Shown here piece by piece: positions 25,266 to 38,289 of a stretch of 64,000 bases of DNA (its first letter is position 1; the number at the start of each line of letters is the position of its first letter). Below the pieces are notes generated by a model. It did not search any database, had not been told where the DNA came from, and was given only the letters and a program-made list of their open reading frames with translations. The translations under genes were made by a program, and so were the position numbers. Origin of the DNA: Callorhinchus milii (taxonomy: Eukaryota); contig NW_024704742.1 in the NCBI RefSeq assembly GCF_018977255.1, positions 109,370,001 to 109,434,000 of the forward strand, given 5' to 3'.

Positions 25266-25789
25266 CATGCAATATAGTCTTCTCTATACTGTTATTTGGA
25301 CCATTAGGCTAACTTTGAATCTAGGCTACTCCTGGAAGTACTGATCAGTGAATTTCTTGATATGCAATGTGCTACAACACATTTTTCTCCTATTTTTAGC
25401 TACTTCTTTTAAATTTTATCTTCACACTTTGTATCGTCACTGACATTAAGACAGCTATGTTTTGTTACTTCATATTGGAGGATGAAAAGGTGCTATAGAA
25501 AATACAATCTGGTTTAATAATGACATTAGCTGAATGAAAGAAAGACCATGCATAAAATTAAAAGGAAAAAAATCCCTATTTTACCCTATATATACATACA
25601 TACAGTATCAATTATTTCAAAATGTTTAATAAGACTGCAACTGCTGTCTGAATACTGTATACACAATATAATAGTGTGCTGTAATTCTCAAGGTTAGAGA
25701 GAGTGCACAACAGTAATTAGTCAAGCATCAAACAAGAAAGCTCGAAGTTATTGAAAGCTAAGTGCTGGGCAAGCCTAGATACTTAGAGT

Positions 25790-26200
25790 ACGACATGTGG
25801 TGCTCATGCCTAATGTGCCAACTCATCAGACCATGCCAGCCCAACTAACTGGGACAGTATTTTCCTATCTTTTCCAATGTGTTAGATGCACCACCTGTTC
25901 AAACTATTCCAGCCTAGCTAGTTAAGCCAGCTCTGATCGTAGTCCTAGGTCTATTGTGCCTGCTGCGCAAACCATGCAAGTAAAACCATCTTGGCCAATA
26001 TTGCTTTATAATGCCCACTGCACCAGCTGTGCCAACTATTTTGTTCGTGTCAACTGCTTTCTGTGTCAGGTTTGCTAATTGTGACAGATGTGCTTGTTGT
26101 TCTAACCATGCCAGCTGCACCAGTGTTGCCAATAGTCTTTATATGACAGCTTTTTGTACCTGTGGCAGTGGGACAGCTGCTATTTCACCAATCATCTGCT
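25790..26200. repeat. Degenerate tandem repeat with roughly 9-bp period (tgtgccaac/tgcaccagc)
   Basis: Recurrent tgtgccaact, catgccagc and tgcaccagc units. Confidence 0.5.
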
Positions 26201-27422
26201 TCCTTGTTTATTGTTCTCTATGCTTGGATCCCAAATGAATTCATTCTCAAACCATCCTAAGTGGCTGCAAAAAATACACACAGAGAAAAACAAAGTAGTC
26301 CTTGTCAAATGGAATGGATTTACACTCATCCATCTCCCCTGAAAGAAACATTATTTAACAAAACTCTACCTTTTTGCAAAGCATTCTGCACTCATTGCAT
26401 CTTGAGTGCCCAGAGGTTTTCATTTTGTTATCAAAATGCAGACGTCTTTTGGGAAGGTTATGAAATAAATGCTGTGCAGATTCACAAGGATGTTACCAGA
26501 GATCATAGTTTTCAGTTACGAAGAGAGACTTTGGAAATCAGAGCTTTTTTCGAAAGAAATGAGCAGGAAATTCCGGTTAGGGATCACACATATCTTACCA
26601 TGTGAAAAAAATGTGGAACAATTTTTTAAATGTTTTATGTACTGCTGCTCACAGTAATGTGTGTCCAGAAGAGTGGAAATCTTTGAAAGAAATAAAATCA
26701 TTCACTGTACTAAAGCAGTACAGAAAATGATTCTTGGCCCATAAGAGAAAAGTACCACTTTTGTTCCAAATGCAAACAAAAAAATTGTGCTTGTATTTAC
26801 ACTGGGTATAAAACACATGAGCCCACTCTTACATTAGGTTGCTCTACATAAACCTACCCGGACTGTTTAATTGGGAAATAACTGTTATTTCTGATTTTAT
26901 GGTTTGCTTATCGATCTTGAATTATGAAAATATTGACACATATAGACTGTTTTTTCTTAAAAATGGAGCATTGACAAAACAAATAAATATTCTGTACCTT
27001 TAATCTAACTCTCATTGTAAAAACAATCAGGCCAAAAGGAAATATTTTTCAAAGCACTTACACTTTGATGCTGTCACATAAATGTACCAGACACAGTTTG
27101 ATATAACAATGTCATTTTCTGTTTTATATTTACACCCATATTTTCATTTTCCCTTTCCCATCTGTGTGTTGCTTATCAATTTATTTGTTGTTTTCTCCCT
27201 TCACAAACTTGACATAACTATATGTTTTACCTCTTTACTAATATGTTTAAAATAATGACATTTGTTTTATAATTTTTACATGTTTATGTACTTTTTTGCA
27301 TACGACTATCATTGTATCCCTTGCTTATTTACCCTGTTTTCATATATTCGAACATTTTTATGTTGTCAATTATTTATACTGCATTTTCCCCTTTTGCCTC
27401 ACCTCCTTTACCTCTTATTTAG

Positions 27423-27525
27423 CAACATTAAGGACATTCACTCCGCTCTGGAACTGACAGTTTATGATGAAGATCGGGATCGGACAGCTGATTTCCTGGG
27501 CAAAGTTGCCATACCTTTGTTATCT
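27423..27525 (+). CDS. MCTP1: MCTP1-like exon (C2C calcium loop 3), 103 nt, phase 2 to 0
   Basis: tttag acceptor, gtaagt donor. [34 protein letters not shown]; embedded in track ORF 27262..27636. Confidence 0.96.
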
Positions 27526-27841
27526 GTAAGTTCTATCTGGCTGACACATTGTTCGTTTTTCTTACTTAATAAAATTCCAGCGTATATGTCTGTCATTTCT
27601 CAACCAAGGTTTGCAGTAATAACGCTAAAATTCTAGCATGCCCAATCCATAGCCATGTTGAATCCCATGATAGTTAATTTTTTTGACAGATTTGGTCCTG
27701 GTAATGAACAGGTACTTGTCAGAGTTGCCACAGTTGTTTTGGGTTCTCTGTCAGTTTCAGCAGCTGGGGGTCAGGGGTCACTGGGGGAGTGTATTCAGCA
27801 GAGACTGAGAGACAGACGGCTGTCATGTCCTTTTCCCACAG

Positions 27842-27943
27842 ATTCAAAATGGTGAAGAGAGAGCCTACGTCTTGAAAAACAAGAACCTGACAGGGCCAAC
27901 AAAGGGGGTCATCTATCTTGAAATGGAAGTGATTTTTAATGTT
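27842..27943 (+). CDS. MCTP1: MCTP1-like exon (end of C2C), 102 nt, phase 0 to 0
   Basis: ttttcccacag acceptor, gtaagt donor. IQNGEERAYVLKNKNLTGPTKGVIYLEMEVIFNV. Confidence 0.95.
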
Positions 27944-28188
27944 GTAAGTCTTAACTTTGCCTTTTCATTTTGCCTAAGAGTTTCTTTCCTTTAGCCACGT
28001 AAATCTTTCTGGTAATTCTACACAGGGATCTTTTTTTAAAAACCTAAAAAAGCACTTTACTCTCTTCTGATTTGTTTTCATAGAGCACTGGTCTAAATGT
28101 AAGTGATTGCTTCCACAATCATGAGTTTGCCAAAGGGAATATTTTTACAATGAGGATAACACTGTTTTTCCTTTGTTCTCCTGTTCAG

Positions 28189-28263
28189 ATAAAGGCCAGC
28201 ATAAGAACGATAACTCCTAAAGAAGAGAAATACATTGAAGAGGAGCAAAGAATCTCAAAAGAG
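28189..28263 (+). CDS. MCTP1: MCTP1-like exon, 75 nt, phase 0 to 0
   Basis: ctgttcag acceptor, GAG|gtacat donor. IKASIRTITPKEEKYIEEEQRISKE matches MCTP1 VKASLRTLIPKEQKYIEEENRLSKQ. Confidence 0.93.
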
Positions 28264-28595
28264 GTACATTTCTTGACCCAATATACTGGTTACAAATATT
28301 TTCACAATTAAAATATTGTTAATGAGTTTAGTTGTAAATTCTAAATATTCCTGTGAGTCCTTACCTTTCATGTCAATCTTACCTGCTCAGTGCAAAGTAC
28401 AATGAATCATGTTTGTATTTGTCACCAAGTTTATTCACTTCTGGTTAAAAGGTTGAATGAACAAATAAATGCAAACACGATGTTTCATTAAGTCTTTGCT
28501 TAAAAATTGGTCATCAACATTTAAGCATATCAAAATTAGATATGCCAAAAATATAAGAAGGACATAAATTAACTGTGTAAAAAGGCTATTTTATT

Positions 28596-29015
28596 CAATA
28601 ACAATAACAACTAATTCCATTTATATAATGCCTTTCAAGTTGGGAGGACATCCCAAGGCACTGGACAGTTAAGGGTTTGCACCTGAGCTTGGATTCAGAT
28701 AGAGGTGGACGATCAAAAGAGGTGGAATGCAAGGCAGGTGGGGGTGGAAGGATAACTGAAGGAATGGTCAAAGAGGAAGGTCTTGAGATGGGCCTTGAAG
28801 GAGGCAAGGGAGAAGGCAAGGCGAAGGAATTCCAGGATGGAGTTCCAGAGAGTGGAGGCAAAAAGGCTGGAGCCCTGACCACCAATGGTGGGGTGGGCCG
28901 GGTGGGGGAGATGGAGTAGGCTAGTGCACACCGAGAGGAGGAAGCAGGCAGGTTGGTAAGGTTTAGCAGGTCGCAGAAGTAGGGAGGAGCAAGACCCTGG
29001 AGGGTTTTAAAAGTG
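28596..29015 (-). mobile_element. L2 3' fragment
   Basis: TFKTLQGLAPPYFCDLL and PTIGGQGSS..LWNS..FKAHLKTFLF in track ORFs; same tail as the 50367 element. Confidence 0.88.
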
Positions 29016-29689
29016 ACGTATTCAAAGGTAAAAACATATATTGTGTAGCTTTTAGGAACCTTAATCTTACACAAGGTCTTTACGGAAGAGACCCAGGAGA
29101 ACTGAAACCTATCTAAATCAGGCTCTATAGTGGCTGAAGTGATAAAAGCAAACACTAACATGGAACTTTAGTTGATATTGACTACTTGAGAATTTTTCTT
29201 GAGTTGAATTTTTTGTGAGTCATTTCAATTTTGAAAATACATCACTATTGGGCTTAATGCATTCCCAGGTAACAATAATTCTGGTTCAAGGTGCTCTACA
29301 TTTCACTAGATCAGAGAAGTTTTGGGTGAGGAAGACCCTTCAGCCAATTTGGTCACATTGTTCCAGCATAAATGCTTCATTACAGCATCAAGCTGTTTCT
29401 TAAATGACCCAATCCGTACCACCCTTCCTGATAAATCGTTCTAGTTTTTGATAGACTTTTTGTTGCCTGTCTGGAGTTTGTAACTTCCAATCTCCCAATC
29501 CCATTCAAACAGATGGATACATTCTTCCTTCTGCAAGGTGAGTAGCACAATCTTGGAGAGGGGAAAAAATCAGTGCCGGAGGAGGGACCTCTGGCTGAGG
29601 CTGAGGAAATAAGGCATAGAATGACATACTTTCCTAATTCTCTGATCTGCTCACACCCAACTTCTCTACCCACCACCTTTGCTCAGCTG

Positions 29690-29960
29690 GCAAGGTCTTG
29701 TGCACATCCCTCGTCTGCTCCGTTTCACAATTGGTGACCATGCTTTCAGACGCTATGCCCCAAATTTCTAGGAAACCCTGCCTCAATCCCTCCATCTTGT
29801 CCCCTCTTTGCCCATCTTTAAATTATACGTGAAGGCTTTCCTCTTCAACTATGCCTTTGGTCACCTCCCCCCTTTTCAACTCAGTCTCACGCCATTCTGC
29901 TGTTAAGTGCTCACTAGACGCTACCTGTGTGAAGGGCGCAATATAAATGCAAGTTGTTGT
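29690..29960 (+). mobile_element. L2 3' fragment
   Basis: Homologous to 50890-51277; ends gtgaagggcgcaatataaatgcaagttgttgt. Confidence 0.8.
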
Positions 29961-30366
29961 AGATTGATTAAATTAAGAAAATATGGCAATAAGAAACTTG
30001 AAAACTACTGATAATGGTTTATTTTATAAAACATAATCAAGCTAGTTAAAACAACTTTTTTTTAATCAAATAAATAAGAATGTTTATGGTAATGGGGCTT
30101 TTAAAATTGAAGTAAGAATCCAACACCATGATATTTAAGATAAAGATTTTGAGATCCTTACTCTTTCAAAGGTAATCAGAGTTTACCTACAGTATTAAGC
30201 AGAGCAATTTAAGTCAACCAATTCTTAATGCTATGCAATTCAAAGGTTAATATAAATGCCAGCTTCTAAAGCAGATTCATCCAGAGTGGAAGTATCATCT
30301 CTGTACACAAACACTCTCATATGACCATGTACTTTGGCAGGTCATTAATAAACAAGTTGAATAATA

Positions 30367-30388
30367 AACAACAACAACAACAACAACA
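30367..30388 (+). repeat. (AAC)n microsatellite, probably an L2 tail remnant
   Basis: aacaaacaacaacaacaacaac followed by aagattccattta. Confidence 0.8.
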
Positions 30389-33221
30389 AGATTCCATTTA
30401 TAAAGGAATAATAAAGGACCTCAAATTAAGCCTAAGGGAACACTGCTTAATTTGAGCACCTCGTGTAGATAATCCACCATTTAAAACTACATGTGATATT
30501 TATTTTTTGGTGTATGATTTAATCTAGGAAATGTTTTCAGGATTGTAAGAAAATGATTTAATATTTGTGAGTAATAGTTTATGGTTCACTCTGTCAAATG
30601 CCACAACTATGTCAAGGAAGACTGAAACATCTAATAAGTTGAAATCAAAAATTGAGTAAATATGTTCAGAGAATCTTGTAAGAATTCTTTAATGTTAAGT
30701 AGTTAAATCTGAATCCTGATTGATTAACATTGATAGGGGAATCATATTTGAAACCATGAAGTTCCATGTTCTGAGCAAATATTTGTATAATCAGTTTTAA
30801 AATGTACTCCTCATAGTTACTTTTCTGTGTTTTTTTCCAAGGGACATTTTATTGTATGACTCAGGAGGGTTTTTTGTAACAAAAGCTGATATTTTCATTG
30901 ATATAAAATCTCTTCAACAACAACTAGAAAAAGCAAAACAAAGTTGAGACGGGTACCGTTTGCAGATGGAATAGTGCCATTAAGTGATTAGGTTTGGATT
31001 TGTGCCCAATATTACATACATGGCTTATCTCAGTCCCTCTTGAACTGTAGGCCAGGAATATGTTGCTAGTGGTGTATGTTTCACCACTTATATCATATGT
31101 TTTTGGAGTTTTGATCAGCGTGATGAGTGGATCCTGCACTTTTTCACAGCCTCTGGAAGTAATCATGATTGTGATAATCTAAAGATATTAGTTCACGCAC
31201 AAATAACCATTAATTATTTGGGGTAATTATTTCCACAGAGGGTGAGGGAAAATCAACCAGGGATCCCATTCCTGTTCACTATCTAGCAGTTCCTGTTGTA
31301 ATGTATACAAACTAAAAACTTGCATTTATATAACACCCTTCACACAGGATAGTGTCTGGGGCACTGAAACTTGTGAATATCTAATGGTGATGAGATTGGG
31401 TTTGACTGGGATAACAATTGCATAGCCTGCCCAAACTGGCTGTTTAGCCTCAAATATAAATAGTGGAGCCCTGTTATAACACAGAGTTTAGAATCCATAA
31501 CATTCCAACAAAGTGAATAACAAAACATGATAGCCAAGTTTCACTGTGTACTCGACAGGCTCCCTGTGTGCCACCGGTCAGATCATAGGTTACCATTGAT
31601 GTCACTTCCTCTCTGTGGCATGTGCGCAAAGCAAGAAGTAACATTATCGGCAACCTGTTAGTTGGCACTAAAATTAGAGCGAAATGTTGACTAGTGAGTG
31701 GAAAATGAGCAGGCACATTGAACAGGATCCACAGTGCAACCAGGATATAACTAAATTTGCACCATAAAGAAGCAGGACATAATGGGATGAAGGAATAATT
31801 GACTGCTGTCCTATCAAAGTGCTTTGAAACATCCACCTAAGGTGAAAGACACCTTTCTGTTTCTTATGTCAGTCACCTTGTGGCCTCCAGAGTAAAGGTT
31901 CTAAATTAGTGCCACTTACAAATAATTTTGTCCTGTGGACTTGCATCCATTAGAAACGAGGTTGCCACTATTCCAGAATCAATTCACATAGATCCCCTGC
32001 AGCTGGTAAAGAGGATGATTTTTATCCCATCGACCTGAACTTGACACAAATCTAGACTTTCTGAGTGAATGGACACCCAGATATTCAAACCCTTTCATGT
32101 CCTTCCTGCTATCATTTGCTGTTCTGAACATTTTAGAGATAAATAGATATATACGAGGCCCCAAATTCCACCTAGTCTTAAGCTGTAAAGCATTTTGCTG
32201 TAAAATGTAAGATTTCGCTGAATTGTGGAAATTTGTCAAATTCTTAATTTAGGAGCCGGTTCCTTTAAAAAAATTATGGTAAACAGGTTTCCAGATTAAT
32301 TTGAATATAAGAGTTTATAATAAAAAATATCCTTGCGTTTCATATAGTGCTTTTCACATCTTCTAAACATCTCAAAGCCCTTCACAGAATATACTGTAAA
32401 CTGAATAGATTGTATATTTTGTGGGCGAAACGCCACAGCCAATTGCGCACAGTTCTAAATAATTTTTAATTTAAGACAAAATAGCCCTACTGGCTAACAC
32501 TAAATGGGGTGCTTGGTGGAGTGACTATCAGATTGGTTATATCTTTCTTTGTATATTGTTATTGTTTATCCAATTTCTCGGTCTCCTTATTCAGTTGTCA
32601 GATTTTCTTACCAGTTTACTGGCTCTCCATCTATCTGAATTCCCTGAGGTTTGGCAACTCTGTGTATCTGTTTCAGTCCTCGGTCTAGTGGGATTGTGGA
32701 AAGTGTGGGAATGTTGTTCATCTATGGGCAATCGCAAAAGTTACAGAATAAGCAAAGGCAATGAGACAAAACATGATCAATGCATCCAGTTTCCCTGGCA
32801 GTGAAGTAACTATTGGTCTAGCCATCTGAGCACTTTGGTAGTTTAGTAGGTTTGATGGATCTAGCTTGCTTGGCAGGTTAGTAGGTCCAATGTATTTGTA
32901 TTTCCCATAGTCATTTTCATGGTCATTTAATGGTTCAATCATGTTGCATTGGCTATGAATCTGTTCCAGTTTACTGGTAAACTAAAGATGCTGATGCAAC
33001 CATGGTCTTTTGCCTAATGCATCTAGGTTTCCTGACAGTCCATTGGCTATGTGTTTGCCAACATATCATGGTGGTCCAGGGTATCAGGACCCAAATTTCT
33101 CATTACCTTTGGCTCAAGTACATTATCATAAAATTTATCATTTTGCAGAATTTTTTAAATCTCATTTCATTTGGAAATGGATTTTCCTCAGTTGTTTGTT
33201 AGAACTCTGAAAAATTGGCTT

Positions 33222-33700
33222 CTAAGTTATTATTATTTTTCGTGTTTCACAGAATTTTATTGTGAAGTGCAGTGACTGAATTTGTAGGCAAACATGGCAG
33301 CCAATTTTCACATAAAAATCCCATAAACTCCTATGAAGTGAATGACCAATTTTATCTGAAGGATTATTGATCAGGACACCACAATAAACTCTGTTCCCTT
33401 TTTGAACGATCGTGGGGTAGTGAATATACACTTGACAAGGCAGATGGGACCTTAGTTTAACGTCTCATCTGAAGGAGAGAAAGACTGATTCCAAAATTAC
33501 ACAACATTTTAAGATATTGGTTTTAAGCTTAAGAATATGAAGAATTCCAGGCCCTGTTCATTCCAAGCTCATTGGTCAGTTTGCTTTATGTTAGCATACT
33601 CATTTCTGGGTCTGAAGATTGTGGGTTCATACCAGGGATTCAGCTCCTAACCTCGGCTGACTTTCTAGTGAGGGAGAACTGCATTGCTGGATGTGCCATT
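33222..33700. mobile_element. DeuSINE fragments (- about 33222-33475; + head about 33570-33700)
   Basis: gtttaacgtctcatctgaagga Deu motif; ggtctgaagattgtgggttca head. Confidence 0.7.
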
Positions 33701-35089
33701 GCTTGGTGTAATTGTTGACTGTGGTTTAGCTGGACATTAATAGCACTATTCCAAGCAGAGGGACTGTGGGACAGAGTTCCAAAGGGTGGGGGCAGAGTGG
33801 CTGAAGGCCCACCCGCCAAACTCAGTGTGTATAATGCTTGGAGGTGTTTCAATATGATAAGCCACAATATTGAAGTCAAGTGTTATAATGATTTGAAGTG
33901 TTATTGAGCCTTATACATAAGGTTCCCGGGTGGTCTCCATTTTATACTTTATTTAAACTAAATTGCTATAATCCACCAAAATGAATTCCTCAATTTCATT
34001 CGGTATTTTCTTCATTGTTCAATACATTTTTTTAAACTAACATACAAATTATTTGAAACTATTACAGTTAACAAGCTAGGGGCAACTTAATAGTAATTTC
34101 AATCCTCACTAAAAATAAAACCTAAAGACTTATTTCTTTGAAATTGAGCCATTGCCAAAACATTGTTCCAACATGTTTCTATTCTGATTGAATCTGAGTA
34201 TCCTCATTAATTGGATTCTAATCCCTTACAGTATTGCATAACAGTACAGGGTGAAATCAGGTGTTCATCCATAATAAGTATCTAAAATTGCTAATGAGTA
34301 CAATAAACTCCACTCTACTTCGGTTTCTTTTTAATCTATTGTAAATCCCGGGTTACAATTTCCCCAGACTGTGCATTTTCTTTTCCCAGGGATAATACTT
34401 CGTTGCTTCTTTATGGTGATAATACTTCTGCCCCTGAATGAATTTTCACCTTGGCGGCAAAAGCCCACATTAAATTATTATAAAATGTACAAAGCAGACT
34501 TTCGATTCTCTGCTGGCCATTCTCTTCAGCCACTGGCAAGAGTACAGCGGAAAGCAGAGGACAATAATTTCCCCATGGAGTAAACATTCCACTTAGAAAA
34601 ATTGAAACCACTCTCCACAGCAGGTGTCCTGTTCTATTGAGGACAGACTAATACCTACTGCACGAGTCCAGGCAGCAGCTTTTTTCAAATGATGGTGGAG
34701 ATGAGCTTATAATACATTTTCTGCATCTTTGATTTGACCTTTTCGGTAGCAGATAACCCCAAAACACATTTGCTGGTATTAATATACAATAAAAAACAAA
34801 CATTTGGCTTATTGAGAATAGCCTTGGTTTGAAGCAGGAGCACACAGCAGAATGTGCCACTGACAAGGGAGATAATGGACTGGAGATGTGGGTGTCACTG
34901 AACCTTAATCTGCTTACTGAGGGCTGTGGTTTGGTAACACTAGACCTAAAGCTATAGGAATCCCACCTGCTGGAAACAGAGTCACCCAGTGAAGTGTCAG
35001 AACCCACAACTGGCTACAATAAAGTAAGACAACAAACACAAGACAAAGGTGTGATGTGTTTGCAACTTTTTTCTAAGCAGTACTTTCTT

Positions 35090-35640
35090 TCTCTCCTCAC
35101 ATTTTCTCCTCTTTTAAAGGCACTCACTTATGCTGATATACAGCTTTACAGATGCCTACAACTCTGGTACTTCCAAGTGATCATTCATTATATGTGAGGC
35201 TAGACTGTCAAAGTCATCAATCATTGGACTACAAAAACATTATAGTGGAGACCAATCCTATTTTACGCAATGGCAATATGCATATCTTCTAGCAGGATAG
35301 GATTCAAAAACAGGAACCTTGGCTGAAGTCCCTAGACTAAAAGCACTGAGGTCAATCATAGCACCTCCTACTGCTGTTTTTTTTAGATCAGCTAAATCAG
35401 CACACACTGAGTATCACACAATGAAGACCTTAGTGACCGTAAGTGGCCTATGCTCACCTCCCGCTCCCCCTGGCTCGGAGTCGTGCTCCACTACTGTCAA
35501 GCGCTTTGGGATGCTACCCTGCGTGACTGGGGCTATATAAATGCAAGTTGTTGTTAATCAAACCTGGAACTTTTCAAGTCTATATGCACAGAATTTCTCT
35601 AGGTAGGGCTTCATCATCTGAGTCATTGGGCAGCCAGTGA
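35090..35640 (-). mobile_element. AmnSINE2-like element interrupted by an L2 tail (+, about 35410-35555)
   Basis: agatcagctaaatcagcacaca is followed by an L2 tail ending gttgttgtt, then resumes aatcaaacctggaacttt. Confidence 0.55.
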
Positions 35641-36401
35641 TTCCCATCCAATACAGTTCTTCAATAAAACACACAATCGTATTCTATCTCCAGTTGCCTG
35701 TAGCTAGTTAGAGACTGGATTTCCTAGCTGTAAAGATCTTTTTGCTGATATGAATGGTGGGTTCGAGTCAGACATTTCTGGTTATCATCCTTATAAATAT
35801 CTTTTAAACCCCGGGATATGTTAGCAGGCAGTAGCTCTCATTGGTGACGTTGTGTGCACGCCATTCCAAAATTCAGGTGAATGAAGACTATAATGCAGAA
35901 GTTCAGCTGTGTGTTTTAGTGAATCTAATTGAGATACCTGCTTTAAATATGATACAACTATTATATACTAGTAGGGGATGGAATTCACATTTGGGAAGTT
36001 TTTGCTTTTTCTTCAGTCTTAAACCCCTACCCCCAACAAACAGGAAATTATTAATATTGCTAAAATTTACAATATTGTTCCAAATTAAAACATTGTTAAT
36101 GCAAATTACTTTTTAGCAGAAATATTTCATGCGCCGTGAACAATGCATTTTGACTGAAACAAAAGTCCTAGGAATTCTGAAGTGGATTCATGTTTCTTGC
36201 TGCTGATGAGGAAGACTTACCTTTTCCCCGAAAGACAAGGCAGAAAGGGAAATAGCATAGAAATACTTTGAATCCATTAAAAACTAGGGTTGCGTGGTTG
36301 GCTTTTGCTGTTTGCCTATTGAGTCCTGGAGGTTTGTGTTCAGGGATGACAATCAGTTTGGATTCTCATTTCTGGGAATAAGGACATGGAGCTTAATGGA
36401 T

Positions 36402-36826
36402 AACAACAACAACCACAACTTGTATTTATTATAGCACCTTGCATTGCAGGGTAGCGTCCCGGAGTGCTTGACAGTGGCGGAGTCTGACACTGAGCCAGGG
36501 GAGAGGGAGGAGGGAGGTGACCGTAAGCATGATCAAAAAGGAAGGTCTTTAGGCAGGATTTGAAGGTGGGGAGTGAGGGGGCAAGGCAGAGGGATTGAGG
36601 GAGGGAGTTCCAGAGTTTTGGGCTGTAGTGGCTGAAGGCCCGGCGACTGATGGTGGAGCGGAGAGGACAAGGGACAAACAGGAAGCTGGAACCAGCAGAG
36701 GCAGCGCTTGGTGGAGTGGGGGGATAAACAATTTGGATAGATAGGGAAGTGCAAAGGCATGATGGGACTTGAAACGAGTGGGAAGATCTTGAAATCGATC
36801 CATTCGGTAATTGGGAGCCAGTACAT
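36402..36826 (-). mobile_element. L2 3' fragment
   Basis: YWLPITEWIDFKI motif; (caa)n tail near 36402-36419. Confidence 0.88.
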
Positions 36827-37625
36827 ATGGATTGACCTTCATCTCTAGCCTAGTGATCTGATAACATCACTTTGAACACAACCGTTAAGGGTCCAATTAA
36901 TTTTGACCTAAATATATTTTTTCAGAACTTGGTACAGAGAAATAAAAGAGTATGAGATATTGATAACTTCAGAGAAAACCATAGGTCATCATATGATTTA
37001 ATGAGAAATATTAAACTATTAACTCCACATTAATAATAATGGAAATCAATCGTGTGTTTTATTTATGAAATGCACAAGATCTAACTCAAACATTGTGAGG
37101 CAGCCATCTTATTTTAATATACCTGCATATTAAGTTGATATAAAAATGTTGTATGAAGAAGACAGCCATGATAGAGATTTGGGTTGAATCCTCTTAAAGA
37201 GGAAATAAGTAATGATTTCCAAGGAGCAGATCGCTGTTACAAACTCTCCAGCTCAATATATACAATACAGAATGTGCATAAAATAATGTGACAGTCAAGC
37301 AAGCAGCCATTCAGTATTCTGCCATCAGCACATTCAGGGAAATGAATCTTTTTCATCACAATTGCTTTCCCAAAGGTCATCAACTTCATGGCTGTTTGTG
37401 GAACATTGCAGTATGCAAATTGGCTGCAGCATCTGCCCAAAATATACACAGTCACTACACTTTACAATAAAATCCAGTAAAGTGCTTTGAAAAGTTTCGG
37501 CAATGCGGTAAGGCACTATATGAAATGCGACGATTATTATTATTATACAGGATGAAATGTAATTCAATCAAAAACTTCACATGTTTGTTTCAGTATAGTA
37601 TTTCTTACTATAATACTATAACTAT

Positions 37626-37859
37626 AGTTTCCTTACTCCACACGCCTAATAATAATCCCTCCAAAACCAAAAACAATAATAAAATTGGTCATTTTCAATC
37701 TACGACTGTTTGTGGGACATTGCTGTGCGCAATTGGTTGCCGCGTTCGCCCACAAATATACAGTCAATTCTCTTTACAGTGTGTTCTGTGAAGCGCTTTG
37801 AGACGTCCTCCCGACGTGAAAAGCGCTATATCAAATGCAAGGATTATTATTATTATTAT
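37626..37859 (+). mobile_element. 5'-truncated copy of the same SINE
   Basis: Near-identical to the reverse complement of the 41245 element from agtttccttactccacacgcc through the (tta)n tail. Confidence 0.9.
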
Positions 37860-37974
37860 TTGGAGGAGGGGAAAAGGGAAATTATTTATTTGAATTTGCG
37901 AAGTTCAAAATATGCAGAGGCCTGATCATAGAGACATTGAATTCTAGTCCTTGCACTTGATAATCCTTACATCT

Positions 37975-38181
37975 TGAGCAGGATTAGAATTGCAACAGCC
38001 CATTATCAGTAGTGTAACACTAACTTGTCTCGTGATGGTCCTAACCCAACCCAGCTCATGGTCTCTATTAATGTATGACCAATCAAATATTGGTGAATTG
38101 TGTTTCACAATAATAGGAAGAACCGACATTGACAGATCAAAAACCAACATCGCTATGAACATTCGCTTGCCACAAGCCAGT
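37975..38181 (-). pseudogene. Decayed 28S rRNA fragment (peptidyl-transferase region up to the sarcin-ricin helix)
   Basis: Minus strand ACTGGCTTGTGGC..GTTCATAGCGATGTTGGTTTTTGATC..ATGTCGGTTCTTCCTAT..AATTCACCAA..GAGCTGGGTT..GAGACAAGTTAGTGTTACACTACTGAT..AATCCTGCTCA is colinear with the conserved eukaryotic LSU rRNA but carries many substitutions. Confidence 0.9.
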
Positions 38182-38289
38182 GGTCCCACATTCCAAATAT
38201 GTTCAATATACCAGAAAAATATCAATAAACTGTAAAATTTGGATGTAAAAAATGTCAATTGGGAACATATTCTAAATGGGGGTGATTTA

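Noticed and set aside
36191..36240. Hammerhead-like CTGATGAG...CGAAA core
   Set aside because: Stem II leaves two extra C before GAAA, and only 6 nt separate the putative cleavage triplet from the core, so stem I cannot form.
37944..38258. 104 aa and 81 aa ORFs
   Set aside because: Translations of the 28S rRNA fragment, a known source of spurious ORFs.
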